Numbered from the stretch's first letter, positions 23,263 through 36,941 are shown. The stretch is DNA of 64,000 nt from Octopus sinensis (GCF_006345805.1 NC_042998.1:131998001-132062000); one strand, 5' to 3'. Program-made: numbers and translations. Notes: generated from the letters alone by a model not told the origin.

Positions 23263-23536
23263 AATGTATTTATTATTTCAACTCGTAATTCAGGCGAAAG
23301 TCTAACTACTAGTATTTTTTTAATAAATATAGACATTTTTTCTCTATAGTTGTTTAATTGAATAGTTGTTTTGTTTTTGTTTTGTTTTGTTTTTTTGTTT
23401 TTTGGTGGAGTAGAAGTAATTACTTACTGTCCTTTGTAAGTTATACAGTGGAAATCTAAATTTACCTCAAATAAAAGTAAATTATTCTATAAAGCCTAAT
23501 GGAAAAAGATCATATTCTAATATCTTCTTACTTTGA

Positions 23537-23748
23537 AAGGTGGTGTGAGCTGACAGTATCGTTAGCACTCTGGGCAAAGTGCTTAGCGGCATTTCGTCAG
23601 TCTTCGTGTTCTGACTTCAAATTCCGCCGAGGTCGACTTTGCTTATCATCGTTTCGAGGTCGATGAAATTAGTAGCAGTTAAGCACTGGGTGGAGGATGT
23701 AACCAACGCCTCCCATGATATTGCTGGCTTGTGCCAAAGTTTGAAAGA
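23537..23748 (+). mobile_element. SINE A with probable target-site duplication
   Basis: Full head-to-tail copy, with AATATCTTCTT at 23519-23529 and 23749-23759. Confidence 0.8.
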
Positions 23749-23889
23749 AATATCTTCTTGTTGGTAATTAAGGAATAGTTGTAATGGTAGCAATGTGTTA
23801 AGAAGAGTTCTTACTGGTGATAGTTTCATTGTTGTTGTGAATAATGGTGACAGCTGGTCAGTTGCACACAGCCGAATCAACAGATAACC

Positions 23890-24291
23890 TTACTCTTTTA
23901 CTCTTTTACTTGTTTCAGTCATTTGACTGCGGCCATGCTGGAGCACCGCCTTTAATCGAGCAACTCGACCCCGGGACTTATTCATTGTAAGCCCAGTACT
24001 TATTCTATCGGTCTCTTTTGCCGAACCGCTAAGTGACGGGGACATTAACACACCAGCATCGGTTGTCAAGCAATGCTAGGGGGACAAACACAGACACACA
24101 AACACACACACATATATATACATATATACGACGGGCTTCTTTCAGTTTCCATCTACCAAATCCACTCACAAGGCTTTGGTCGGCCCGAGACTATAGTAGA
24201 AGACACTAGCCCAAGGTGCCACGCAGTGGGACTGACCCCGGAACCCTGTGGTTGGTAAACAAGCTACTTACCACACAGCCACTCCTGCGCC
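23890..24291 (-). mobile_element. SINE B, full-length reference-like copy
   Basis: GGCGCAGGAGTGGCTGTGTGG (A-box), GGGTCAGTCCC (B-box-like), central domain, internal microsatellite, CAGTC-AAAT-GACTG stem-loop and (GTAAAAGA)n tail. Confidence 0.93.
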
Positions 24292-27200
24292 TAATTACTT
24301 TTTTTATATACAGCCTTATCATCAACAGCTGTGAGGATGACTACAGGGAAAGCATGAGCAGGAAGACAATTCCAAAAAGGAATTCTTCCTCTGAAGAGAA
24401 AGCTTTAGGTGAAATGTACGAAGCGCTGTAGCAGTGGCAAAAGCAATAGTGGCTGGCGTTTCGGATGGGTCTTTGGTAGCGTTAGTAAGCAAGTAGTTAG
24501 TTCTGAAGAACAAAGAACGTTGAAGTAGCGATACAATGGACAGAGTGAAGACACGGCACGCTTGTGTATCAGCGCTTGTGGTGTACCACCAATGCTTCGG
24601 CTCGATGACTCGATACTCAATATATCAATTCTCAAATGACCCAATGTTCCCAGTTGTAAGTAGAAAACAGGTTATACGTATAGTTCGATATTGGATGCAG
24701 ATGTATTTAACGAGTGTTTTATTAACTTAAAGCAATCTTTAAGACTCCAATGATCCCTAGAGTGATAAATTCTGCAAGATAAGAGGACCATTTAATAAAA
24801 CTGAATAAAAATATTAAATAAAACACATAATATTCACTATTTTCAAAATTAAGAAAGGTTCTTTAATGAATAAATCAATTTTTGTCATATCTAATGTTTT
24901 ATTAAAAGGAGGATGACTAGCCTTGTAAGAAAAATATGGATAAGAGTTTCTCGATTTCTGGAAAATCTTACAAGGATTCTACGATGAAATACGTTTCGAA
25001 ACCGCTGGCTTAAATTTTATTTATCAGAGCTATTTACGATAACTTTTATTATTTTTTCATACAATAAAGTGGGGGGGGGTGAAAGGAGGTCTACTGTCAG
25101 TAAGAGATAGGAATTGGTGTAGGGTTATAAATATGGACGACTGAGGAAGTATAGTTTGTTTTTCTGACCTTCCTCCTTACTTTCAATTCTTTTCATTATT
25201 CTTTGTCTGTTCTACATCATGCATGTACTTTGGGCTGTTGGCATGCACCTTCACCGGAAGCGGAGAGTAATTCATAGAAGATAAGAAAAAAGTATGAGTG
25301 ACTTTTTCTATCTGCACCATACACCTCCTCCCCATCTCTTTCCTCTTTTTCCTTGTAGATTTGTAATCGCTTGAGTTATATAACAGTTGATTTGCATATA
25401 GGCGGAGTACCACCAGACATATTTACCAGTAGACACAGATAGAAGTAGACAAGCACAGGCATCAAACACATGCACATAGACACACAAACACGCACTTACA
25501 TGTACACACACTAACCCAAACACGTACACGCACACAACAAACATGCCTATACACACATACGCACACAGATAAATGCATAATTTCCTTCTATATTGTTTTC
25601 TCGTTGTAGCCATAATTATTTTTCTTACATAATTCCAGGCATATTGAAAAACACATTTACACATGTGCGTACCCTTGCATGCATGCATACATACATACAT
25701 ACATACATACATACTACATACATACATACAGTCGGTATCTACACACAAGCCCACACATGCTTCCATGACTCACTCGCACGTTTTTTTATGGCGTTGTTTG
25801 TATTTTTTTCTAATTAGTGCGTGTACGTCTGTGTGCATTGTGTATCCATATGCCTATGACACCACAGTGTGTGAGAAGCCATGTTATTATTTTATGCTTC
25901 CATAAAAATAGTCTGTTCCAAGCAACATGATACATTTTACACTAATTCTTCCACGATACATTGTTTTATAATAGGATGTCTGACCTTCATAACGCGACCC
26001 AGACAAGCAGAGAAGATGCCAGGGAGACCCTAGGGGTTGCACTTTTTGCGTCCCTTGTCTAGGGACTGCACTACAATTCCCGTCGTAAAGGTTTTGACGC
26101 AGTGAACAAAAAAACAAACAAATGAAAACGACTCTGTTACAAGCATCTCATTGCCTTAAACATCCAGATATTCCTTTCACTGTTTTGAAAAGCCCAGTGG
26201 GATTTGCTTTGTGTTTCCAATGGCGACTACGTTAATTTTGTCTTAACGAATTTAATGCAATGAGCATTAAAAAAAAATTAATTAGAAATATTTATGTCGT
26301 GACGAAAAACAAATTCACTAGCTCGACGGTTTTTTTTTTTTTACGCTTTTGCTGATTACGATCACAAGACGTTGGGATCCCGATGGGTTTAGTCGATCAA
26401 ATCGCGCCAAATACGTGTCAGTTTTAGTTTTTTTAAGATTGGTATTTATTCTATCCATGACTATTTGATGAAAAGCTAGCTTACAAGGAAGTAAACAAAC
26501 CAACACCGGTTGTTGAGAAGTTAGAAGTGACGCGGTACAAACTCAAACACAAAGGCGCAACGTGCGCGCGCGCACACACACACACACACCACAAACACAC
26601 ATACGCGCGCGCGTGCACACACACACACACACACACAAACTCACATACAAATGTCTATGACGGATCTATGAGTACCAAAATCCAAATATATTATTTTTAT
26701 AATTTCTGGAAGTTTCGGACATACAAAGATGTCAGCCCATTTTTAATAACAATAATAATAATGTTAGTGTTAATGTTGATAATATAATGCAAGATGTATT
26801 TGAAAAAATACTCTATGGCCGGCCTTGGAACGACTTAGATCTTAAGTCTGATCCTAACTGACTTGGTACTAAATGATAATAACAACAGCATGAACAAGAT
26901 CCAGGCAAACTGGCAGCACAAAGTTTAGCAAATTTGTTTTGGAAAATGTTTCCGTTCACTTAGGTCACAACAGGTTTGGTCATATCTAAATCGTCAAGAA
27001 GTTTCGTTAACCTCTACTGTTGATTGAACTGCGATGAAATTAAAAAAGTATCTGTTTTCCGACTGGCTCAAATAAATATAAACGGTTCTAAGGAACTGAA
27101 TGCCGAGTTGCGGATATAATTTTTTTTTAAGAGTGTAGAAATCACTGATTCATACAGGGTTTGAAATCCCCAGATCCGTCCCAACTTTTGAATGAGTCCT

Positions 27201-28219
27201 CATCCAGTAGACCTCTGATGAAAGAAGTTTCACCTGTAATCATTCTGTCTTACCAGTCATCAGAAAATGACGTTTTTACTTCTTTTTGAGATTTTAGATG
27301 TTTTAAAGAAGTTGGATCTACTTTTATGTGTGAATACCTTTTACTTCTTTTGTAATATGTTTTGATGTTTTTTGATTATAAAAATATTCAAGTCGTTTCT
27401 CTTAAAAAGCACCATTCCGTTTCCTTTTATTTCAGTTTGCTTCGAATTTTTTTATACTGTGAGACTATCGTAGTCGTTTACTATCATTTCTTTATCAGTG
27501 TACTTTACATAGATCAGGTGAGGCCCACAATGGAATATTAATGTCACATGTGGAACGATCTATTGTTACACCCACTGCCATCTAAAAACCGCATCCAGAT
27601 AAATGGCATCCTGCTGATTAGCACGAAGACACCCCACATATACCCCAAACTCTGGTCCAAAACCACGCTGACACTTTTCTTTGCCTTTTCTACCTCTACA
27701 ATTATGAACTCTGTTCTTCGAATCTGGTTGAGCCACGCTCGGGAACTCTTATTCCACCCGTTACTCCTCCTCTCATCACCCTCGTTATGTCAAATTTCTC
27801 AGGCTCTACACTAATTACTTTATCCAGTTCTTCCTTCACTGAACATCGGCTCTCTTGAATTTCCTCTCTGCTCATTTCCTTAGCGCAGGTGTTGACCTGC
27901 AAAGGGTTAATTGAAATATTGATTGCATCGTTTTTACCGGTCTTGGAGGGCCTGCAAAGACAATTGGCATTACCACTTCCTCCAAATCCGGCAAGCAAAA
28001 ATATTATGATCCCCTTTGACGAAATAAACCTCTTTCTGAATAAGACTCTAACTACCTTGTAATAGGTAACATTTCCTCGTCAGAGTAATTGAACACAGCA
28101 CTGCCAGCTAAACAAATTCCTCACCCCATTTCTCTTCCTCCACAAATTAATTACTGTTCTGCTGAAATCAAACACTGCTCTGATTCGGTAGTATTAGCAA
28201 TCATATTTCCTAAGCAATA

Positions 28220-28252
<33 letters not shown>

Positions 28253-28454
28253 TCCTAGGAAGAAATTCAGATGTTTTTGTCTTTTTTTTTGCCAGAAATA
28301 TAAGCTAATGATGTACATTCTTTATGTACCCACGAGCACTCGTAGGCATACATGGATTTCGCTCGTCGTTGTTTTTTTCTTTATGTTCATATCTGAGAAA
28401 TTTAATGATTAATGCAAACATGTAAATATGCGTATATGCGCTCATATATGTGTA

Positions 28455-28485
<31 letters not shown>

Positions 28486-29071
28486 TGTGTGTGTGTGGAT
28501 AATTGTATGTATGCATGAATGTATCTATGAATGCCGTATGTATTATGGATTTATATGTATTACAGGCATGTAACATAGATAGATAGAAAAACAGACAGAC
28601 ACACAGACCACCCGATTTAATCTGTTAGTATAGTTAGTAGTTACCATACATTGAATCAATGTTACACAACTTCTGTTCTTGTTTACTAAACAGCAGGGTT
28701 TTTTTATGCTCTTGTCGGTTTTCACATGAGGTTACTTCTAAACTATGTTTTCTTGCTGACTTCTGAGTATGGAAAGGAATTTCTCTAAACTCTCTTGTGG
28801 GTTTTAGAATGTCTTTTTGAACTTTTGTTTTTTTTTCTTTTGCACTTTGTTCACATTTACAGTTGCTGCAACAACGAAATTGTTAATCAGATAGGTTTGA
28901 GTTCAAATCTTCAGTAAGTCTTCCGTCATGTGTTTGGCTAATACACTTAATTTTCTAAGTTTACCAGTCCACTTGGCAGGACTGTCAGCAGGAGTCTGGT
29001 GGAAATGTTATGTTTTGAAATCAGAGTCGTTAGAGCATTGCTTAGAATGCCTCGCAATATTTGTTCCAATT

Positions 29072-29275
29072 AAAGCGGTGAGCTGGTGAAATCTTTAGCA
29101 CGCCGGGCGAAATGCTTAGCGATGTTTCGTCCGTTTTCACGTTCTGAGTTCAAATTCTGCCAAGGCTTTTCATACTTTCAGGGGCAATAAAACAAGTACC
29201 AGCTGAGTTCCGGGGTTGATGTAATGTACTTACATCGTCCCCCGAAATTGCTGGCCTTGTGCCTTAATTTGAGAT
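29072..29275 (+). mobile_element. SINE A with 17-bp TSD
   Basis: CAATATTTGTTCCAATT (29055-29071) versus CAATACTTGTTCCAATT (29276-29292). Confidence 0.87.
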
Positions 29276-29677
29276 CAATACTTGTTCCAATTTTCTGTAC
29301 TTCAAGTTCAAACACCGCTGACGTTAAATTTGCCTTTGATGCTTTTGTGGGTCGATAAAACAGTATCATTCCAGAAGGTAGAACTGTAAGGACGTTGCGG
29401 TATTTCCTCAGCTTCTTAGCGTTCTAAGTTCAAATTCTGCCACGGCCACTTGGGTTATAGACTTATAGTGTATCTGGTTTAACAACATCACTTGCCGCCC
29501 CCCCCCCATCGCAGCTTGAGTGTATTTAGCGGGTTCCACTCGTTAGTGAGCCATTTGGGCCAGGTTTCCAGTTCCAGGATACTGTCCTCCCGCCATCCTA
29601 TAGTCCCAAAGGCTTTGTACAGACCCCTGCCATTACCATTTCTTCTAACTATAAAATAAAACTTTAAAAAAAAAACA

Positions 29678-29930
29678 TAGGCGCAGGTGTGGCTGCGTCG
29701 TAAGAAGTTTGCTTTCCAACCACATGGTTCCGGGTTCAGTCCTACCGCATGACAAGTGTCTTCTATAATAACCCCGGGTTGACCGATGCCCTGTGAATGG
29801 AAAACAGCCCGTTGTAAATAGATGTGCGTGTGTGCATGTGAATGTGTGTGCTTTCGTTTATCTTCCACTTCTGCTGGGCAGTCGATGTTGGTTTGTTTAC
29901 AGCCCCCGTACCTTAGCAAAGTAAAAAATA
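29678..29930 (+). mobile_element. SINE B, partial
   Basis: Head GGCGCAGGTGTGGCTGCGTCGTAAG with a deleted middle. Confidence 0.78.
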
Positions 29931-30171
29931 AGTGATGTATAGGATCTTGTTAAATTTCTTCCAACTACTTGAATTGTTTCATATTTTCACCTGATTATTT
30001 TCAAAATGTTGATGCTAATGAAAATTGCACTATTTTTTTTTTCTTAGAGAACTTAACAAAATTACATCAGAGCAGAATTGTTTTGTTTTGTTTTTTAATC
30101 TGGTGAAAACGAATTTTATAAGAACCATTTATATGTGTGTTGGTTGGTTGGTTGGTTGGTTGGTTGGTTGG

Positions 30172-30214
<43 letters not shown>

Positions 30215-31024
30215 AAGTGTGTATTTTACTGTTTGGGGCAGATTTCATAGATAACGTCCGCAACAACCCAAAGAAACTTTTTTTCACGGATATATCCTTC
30301 TGTCTTTGTTTAATCTATATTTTTTTTAAACTTAGATATAACGCGCGCAGAATTGGCTGATCAACCAGACACGAAACGGTCGACATAGCTAAAGTACTAA
30401 TACACCAGCTTAACAACGAGTAACTTGTAAATTCCCCTGCAGTTGTCTCGTTATATCTCTGAGCTGAACCCTTTCATTTTCTACAATTGTCTCTATTGTC
30501 ACAAAACACCTAGTTTAAGTCGTAGGGAAATAGATAGGAAATCATCTGGCAAAACAACAGATTTATCTTACATTCTTCTTGTTGAAGTTTAGAGATTTAT
30601 CTCCCACATACTTACACCCTGAAACCGTAACTAAGTACACAGACTGACAGGAGACCTCTAGGTATTTAGGAGGAAGTCTCTGTTTTGTTTGCTTTCTAAA
30701 AAATGCTCTTGCAGAAACTTTTACGGATGTTCAACGTAATAATCACGATGACATTTATAATAAAGCAAGACAAAGAGGTGTTTACTGTATATCAAAATCT
30801 TGTGACGTTGCTTCTCATTCATTCATCGGCCTTTCTTATTATCATTATTCATGTTTATTGTTGTCACATTGTTATTACATACTTGTCACTGTTTAACTTG
30901 AGCCGCAGATATAGTTCTTATTGTTGCCGTTGTAGCTGTTTTGTTGTTGCTGTTGTTGTTGTTGTTGTTGTTGTGGTTATTGTTGTTGTTGTTGCTTACG
31001 TTGTTGTTCTTGTTGGTGCTCACG

Positions 31025-31056
<32 letters not shown>

Positions 31057-31157
31057 GGTGGTGGTGGTGGTGTTGGTAGTGGTGTTAGCATAATCTTCTT
31101 CTTGTCATACAAGCCCTCTGTAGTCTTTAAATTCGGCATGTACATTTTTTATGAGCG

Positions 31158-31212
<55 letters not shown>

Positions 31213-31748
31213 CATGCATACATATATGCATGCATACCTACATCTATACACACATTATATTCGTGTGCGAGTGTGTGCATGTGTGTGTGTATGTCTGTAG
31301 TCAATAACTGCATAGGTCTTTCTCTTTCCCTTTCTCTCCCCTCTTCTTATCCCACTCTCTCCCCTCCATCTCTCTTTCTCTAGATATATATATATGTGTG
31401 TATGTGTGTATGTAGGTATAGGTATATGTGCGGGTGTTTGATTTATGTATGTACATTCAAAACATTTGTACATACGAATGTATGAACGTACATATTTATG
31501 TACATACGTATATATATATATACACACTCGCATACGATCATACACTTTCACGCAGATACCCATATGCATACATGTGTAAACAGGCACACAAACACACACA
31601 CACACACACAAACACATACGCACACACACTATAGGGCTATCAGGTGACATAGAAATGACACTAACCTATTTACTGACAGGCTAACTAAACACATGTACCG
31701 ATAAATAATAGTTACACAAAAGCATATTCACTTATACGCCATATAAAG

Positions 31749-31799
<51 letters not shown>

Positions 31800-31902
31800 T
31801 ATAATATATATATTATATATATATATATATATATAATATATATATATATATATAATATATATATATATATATTATATATATACATAAAATTATGTACACA
31901 TC

Positions 31903-32617
31903 CAGAGGTTGGACAAAATAGTGGAAACACCTTAAAATTTCAAGCAAATTTAGTTTAATATGGGGTAGGACCACCTTTGGCAGTAATTACACCTTGAATT
32001 CTATGGGGTATGGACTTGTACAAAATTTGAATTGTTTCCAAAGGAACTTTTGTGTGAATTGGTGCATTATCATCCTGAAAGACTGCGTTTACTTTCGGAA
32101 ACAGTTCCGCAACCATAGGATGAATATTATCAGATAAAATGCTTAAATAGTCTTGACTATTAATTTTGCCATGAAGAGAAAGCATTGGGCTGGCGATTTC
32201 CAAGATATAGCCCCAACCCCACCCCAGATCACCACAGATCCTCCTCTATGTTTAACAGTTGGAAGAGGGCAGTCTGGGTGAAATGCTTCTTTTGGCTGTC
32301 TCCAAACGTATATTCGGCTGGTGGTCGGAAATAATGTAAAGGATGACTCATCCGAGAAAATAACGTTCTTGTACTGCTCTAGGAACCAATTCTGTAGGTT
32401 TTTACTCCACTCTAAACGTTTTGCAGCGTTTGTTTTTAAAAGTAGTGGTTTTCTGATTGAAGCTCTCCCGTCAAATCCGGCTTTGTCCAGTTCCCGGTGA
32501 TCGGTTTATGTGCAAACTGGTTTCTTGATGTGGTCATTAAGCTCTGCAGTAATTTTGGGAGCTGTACTTTTGTGATCCATTCTAACAATTCGCGTAAGAG
32601 TCCAACGGTCCCTATCT
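31903..32617 (-). mobile_element. Tc1-family transposon, degenerate 3' part
   Basis: The - strand gives DRWTLTRIVRMDHKSTAPKITAEL...RKPLL...NVIFSDESSF...TVKHRGGSV and VFQDDNAPIHT...LYKSIPHRIQGVITAKGGPTPY*. The segment carrying the third catalytic residue is deleted. TIR-like CAGAGGTTGGACAAAATAGTGGAAACACC at 31903; the 5' side is cut by a SINE B fragment. Confidence 0.9.
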
Positions 32618-32618
32618 G

Positions 32619-32752
32619 GTGTTTGTGTCTGTTTTGTCCCCCTCCACCATCGCTTCACAACCGATGTTGGTGTGTTTATATCCCCGTAACATAGTGGTTC
32701 GGCATAAGAGAACGATAGAATAAGTACTAGACTGACAAAGAATAAGTCCATT
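32619..32752 (+). mobile_element. SINE B internal fragment
   Basis: gtttgtgtctg...cacaaccgatgttggtgtgtttatatccccg...gaataagtcc. Confidence 0.8.
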
Positions 32753-33628
32753 GGACTTGTGGAAGAATAATAAAGTATCATATCCAACATTACGTTTAAG
32801 AGGTTAGCCGCTCTTTTAACCGATCTCAATGGAGACAGAGAGATTAAAATTCCAGAAGAAAACCGAAGGGGTTTTTTTTTTAGTCTTTCCAGATTCGATG
32901 GAAAAAACAAGGAAACTGTAAGAAGAGGTTTGTCCCTGTGCCATCTACTCCCAGCCAGATTCGTGAAGCTCGTCATAAACTAAACTTGAGGAGTAAAAAA
33001 TCGACTAGATCTGTGATCTGAGCAGAGTCGGAGAATCCCATAATTACATCGAACTCACTTCGACCTGGACAGCTCGAACAAACATTCACTTTGAATAGAG
33101 AGATAAGTGTCCCCATCGCTAAAGATATATTGATCCGGTCAGCAAATTGAGGGGACGGATTTGTAGACTAAATGGCGCTTAATCCTATACTGGGTCTTTA
33201 GTTTATCGAACCCGGGAGGACGGGAGGCAAAGCTGAGCTGCTCGATAGGACTTGAACTCAGAGCTTGACACTCGTTGAAGTAGGTGTGTCTGTCTGTCTA
33301 TCTGTCTGTCTGTCTGTCTGTGTTTGTGTCTGTGTGTGGGTGCGTGGGTGCTTGAGTGTGTGTATTTATGTGTGTGTGTGTGTGTGTGCGAGTTTGTAAT
33401 TGCGTGAATGCGTATGTGTATGTGTATGTGTGTGTGAGTGAGTATCTGCGTGTGTGTGTGTGTATGTGTGTGTGCGTGCCTGAACAAACATGCATACGCG
33501 CACATGCAATCTCAGGTGAGATCTAGAATGGCGTACTGATCACATATCTGGGACGTTGCTGCGACACACACACACACACACACACACATACACACGCACA
33601 CGCACACACATACACACGCACACGCACA

Positions 33629-33660
<32 letters not shown>

Positions 33661-34384
33661 TACACACGCACACGCACACACACACACACGCACACGCACA
33701 CACACACACACGCACACACTCTCACTCACTCACTCACTCGCCCGCTCACGTCCCAGGCCTCATTCACCGCGAAACCAGTCGACTTATTGGCGCGAAATCA
33801 CTCTGTGATACAATCCACTCATCGAAGACACTCTCTAAACTCTCGCTGTCTTTTCTGTTACCACTACAACTGCTACCAGCACCACTATCACTACAACCAC
33901 TACCACTACCACTACTACTACTATTGCTAACAACAACTACTACTACTACTGTTAATACTTACTACTACAACTACAACTGGTAACCAGTACTACTATTACT
34001 ACAACTAGTAGTAAATACAGCTATTACAACTACAAACTGTTACTACTACCATGGCCACTACCACTTCAGAGACCGTTGGACTCCTACACAAATGGCCAGT
34101 GCTACACAAATGGCCTTTAATAATTAATTTCTCCTCCTCTCCTCGTTGATATTGCGCCCAAAGGTCAACCACCAGATCTTGCACTAACCGTCGCATTTTG
34201 TCCTTTCTCTGGAACCCCTTTGCGGCTCAATTCTTTCCTCTAGACGCAATAGTTGAAGAGAACCATTAACGACAACCATTCCGGTAGTCTTGAAGAATCT
34301 ATGAAAGTTAATTTCTTTATGATCTCTGTTTCTTCTTTCCCCAAACAAAATTATCTGAGAAACTTATTTGGGTTTTTCTTTTGT

Positions 34385-35030
34385 TTGTTTGTTTCTTCTT
34401 GTTGCATGAAGTTTGCTTCCCAACCTTGTGTGTTCGAGTTCACTCCCGTTGCGTGGCACCTAGGGCAAGTAGTATATTCTACTATAAGCCCCCGAGGTGA
34501 CCAAAGCCATGTAAGTAGTTTCTTGTGAGCAAAACTGAAAGAAGCCCGTCGTATAATATGTGTGTGCGTGCGCGCGTGCATGTGTGTGTGTACCTTTGTG
34601 CCTGTGTTCCTCCACCATCACCGTTTGACAACCGCTGTTGATATGTTTACGTCCCCATAACCTGACGGTTCAGCAAGAGTCCGATAGAATAAGTACTAGG
34701 CTTAATAAGTCCTGAGGTCGATTTGTTCGGCTGAAAAATCCCTCCAATGGCAGTGCTCCAGCATGGCCGCAGTCAACTGACTGAATCAAGTAAAAGTACA
34801 AAAGAATGCATACATACATACATACATACATACATACATACATACATACATACATGTGTGTGCGTGTGATTGTGTCTGTACCCAAACCGTTTGACAACCC
34901 GAGTAGTTCGGTAAAAGAGCACATTAGAATACGTATCCGGCTTTAGAAAATAACAACTGGAATTGTCTTGTTCAGCTAAGACCCTTCAAGGTGGTACCCC
35001 AGTATGGCCACAGTCCAGTGACTAAGAAGG
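34385..35030 (+). mobile_element. SINE B copy (~34385-34805) plus a further 3' fragment (~34880-35030)
   Basis: Consensus matches, including two CAGTC-N4-GACT tails. Confidence 0.78.
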
Positions 35031-35371
35031 TCAAAAATGTGTGTGCGTATTAGTTTTGTGTATATGTATACGTGTGTATGAGAATGCGTGTATGTGCATG
35101 TTTGTATGTGTACGTGTGCCTATGTGTGCGTGTAGGTGTGTGTGCGTGTGCGTGTGCGTATTTGCATATTAAGGTGCCCTGTAATAGATTTTTTTGTTTT
35201 CATTGTCAACTGAAAAGTAGAGACGCGGATTTAGAAAGAGAGCAAGCGAGGGAGAGAGAGAGTGGGAGAGAGACAGAGAGATACGGAGGCGCAGAAGAGA
35301 GAGAGGCAATGAAAGACAAGACGACAGAGAAAACAAGCCACAGAGTCACAGAGAGGGTAAGTTTAATATAG

Positions 35372-35606
35372 GGAGGGCGGCGAGCTGGCAGAAACGTTAG
35401 CACGCCGGGCGAAATGATTTGCGCTATTTCGTCTGCCGTTACGTTCTGAGTTCAAATTCAGCCGAGGTCGACTTTGCCTTTCATCCTTTCCGGGTCGATA
35501 AATTAAGTACCAGTTATGCACTGGGGTCGATGTAATCGACTTAATCCGTTTGTCTGTCCTTGTTTGTCCCCTCTATGTTTAGCCCCTTGTGGGTAGTAAA
35601 GAAATA
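35372..35606 (+). mobile_element. SINE A, full length, young, with perfect 16-bp TSD
   Basis: GGTAAGTTTAATATAG at 35356-35371 and 35607-35622; B-box GAGTTCAAATTC. Confidence 0.93.
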
Positions 35607-36237
35607 GGTAAGTTTAATATAGATTCTTTATGTTGCTGCTGCTGCTGTTGCTGCTGTTGCTGCTGTTGCTGCTGCTGCTGCCGTTGTTGTACTTTACCCT
35701 CTGTCTGTCATTTACTCAATATCCGATAAATTTAAAATTAATTAATTCTCTTCTCTGTCCTAGAAATTCTCCCCCCCCCACCCGCCTCCTTTTTTTTCTG
35801 CCGTTTTATTTTACATTCGTTTTGTTTTCCTTTTATTTACGTCCTTTTTAAAGAGAGTTTCATATTATAATATAAATATGTGTTTGTGTATATGCGTGTG
35901 TACGTATGTGCGTGTCTATGCATGTGTGTGTGTGTGTGTGTGTAGATGGGTGTTGTTCTTGACAGTAATTATTTTGTTCATATCGTTGTGGTATTGTTCT
36001 AGATTGCTAGAGTAATTTATACGTGTGACGCATTAGTAGTTATCTAGGATTGCGTAAATGTGTATACGTGTAGATATTCGTGTGGTTGTGATTTTGTATG
36101 AATAAGACATAGAGACTATACGTGTCTACGAGTGTATGAGTGGGTGTCAGGATCACTCTTACTCTTTACACCAGTACCTCTTGACGTCGTACTTACATGG
36201 TCTACTAAGGTATTTATTTAATACACACAAACACATG

Positions 36238-36832
36238 CGAGAGGGTGGTGATGAAAGGTCCGGTTAGTGGTCCAGCATTCCGAGCTTTTTTTTACAGAGC
36301 TTAGAAAAACTGAAGGACCGCTGCAATAAGTGTGTTACTCTGAGAGAGGAAAATCTTTATATATAAAAGTCAAGTTGTGTGTCTGTCTCCTACGATTTAG
36401 ATTCCTAATTACTCCCACATTTTGCGGTGCAGTTTAACCAAAACCGGGTATCTTATAGTCGTGATTCATATCGAGCTCTTCTGGGTATTAGCGCGCGTCT
36501 ACGATGAGTCTACGATTTTAAAAATAATTTACCATAATTTTTTTTCCATTTTAATACATTTTTTTCGGTATTATGTAAGGGAAGTAACTCTCTAAAAATG
36601 TCTACGATGAGTCAACGATTTTTTAAAAAATTCACCATCATTTTTTTTCCATTTTTAATGCATTTTTTTGCTATTTTTTGGCTATAACTCTCTAAAAATG
36701 CTTTATAGTTATTTCCCTTACAAACCCGAGCAACGCTGGGCGATACTGCTAGTATTGAATAAAATCGTAACAAACTGATCCTCCAGTATTTTCTTTTACC
36801 CAAAACCAGGAACTTTTGAGAAACCCCTCATG
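36238..36832 (+). mobile_element. Mariner deletion-derivative MITE interrupted by a Helitron
   Basis: Degenerate TIRs, and a transposase C-terminal remnant (LRKLKDRCNKCVTLR). It aligns with the uninterrupted copy at 62403-62606. Confidence 0.78.
36354..36752 (+). mobile_element. Non-autonomous Helitron (~399 bp) with internal ~100-bp tandem duplication
   Basis: A|TC 5' end, hairpin CCCGAGCAACGCTGGG, CTAG|T 3' end. The block starting GTCTACGATGAGTC occurs twice. Confidence 0.85.
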
Positions 36833-36941
36833 TATATATATATATAGGGAAGGTTTACGAAAATAAACAAAAGACGAAGGCAGGTGGAGTACAAAAAAAC
36901 AATTGTATTAGTATGGCGCTCAGGAATAGAAATAAAACAAG

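Noticed and set aside
24300-24730. Unique region with several 60-80 aa ORFs
   Set aside because: The ORFs overlap on both strands without any family signature.
27540-28060. 98-aa minus-strand ORF and pyrimidine-rich flank, possibly a retroelement or an exon
   Set aside because: No RT, gag, endonuclease or host motif recognised.
30345-30390. CTGATCA...GAAACGGTC hammerhead-like string
   Set aside because: The 3-8 pair is C-C and there is no convincing stem I or stem II.
32755-32980. Possible LINE 3' fragment after the SINE that cuts the Tc1 relic
   Set aside because: Translations did not give a confident match to Tc1 or LINE motifs.
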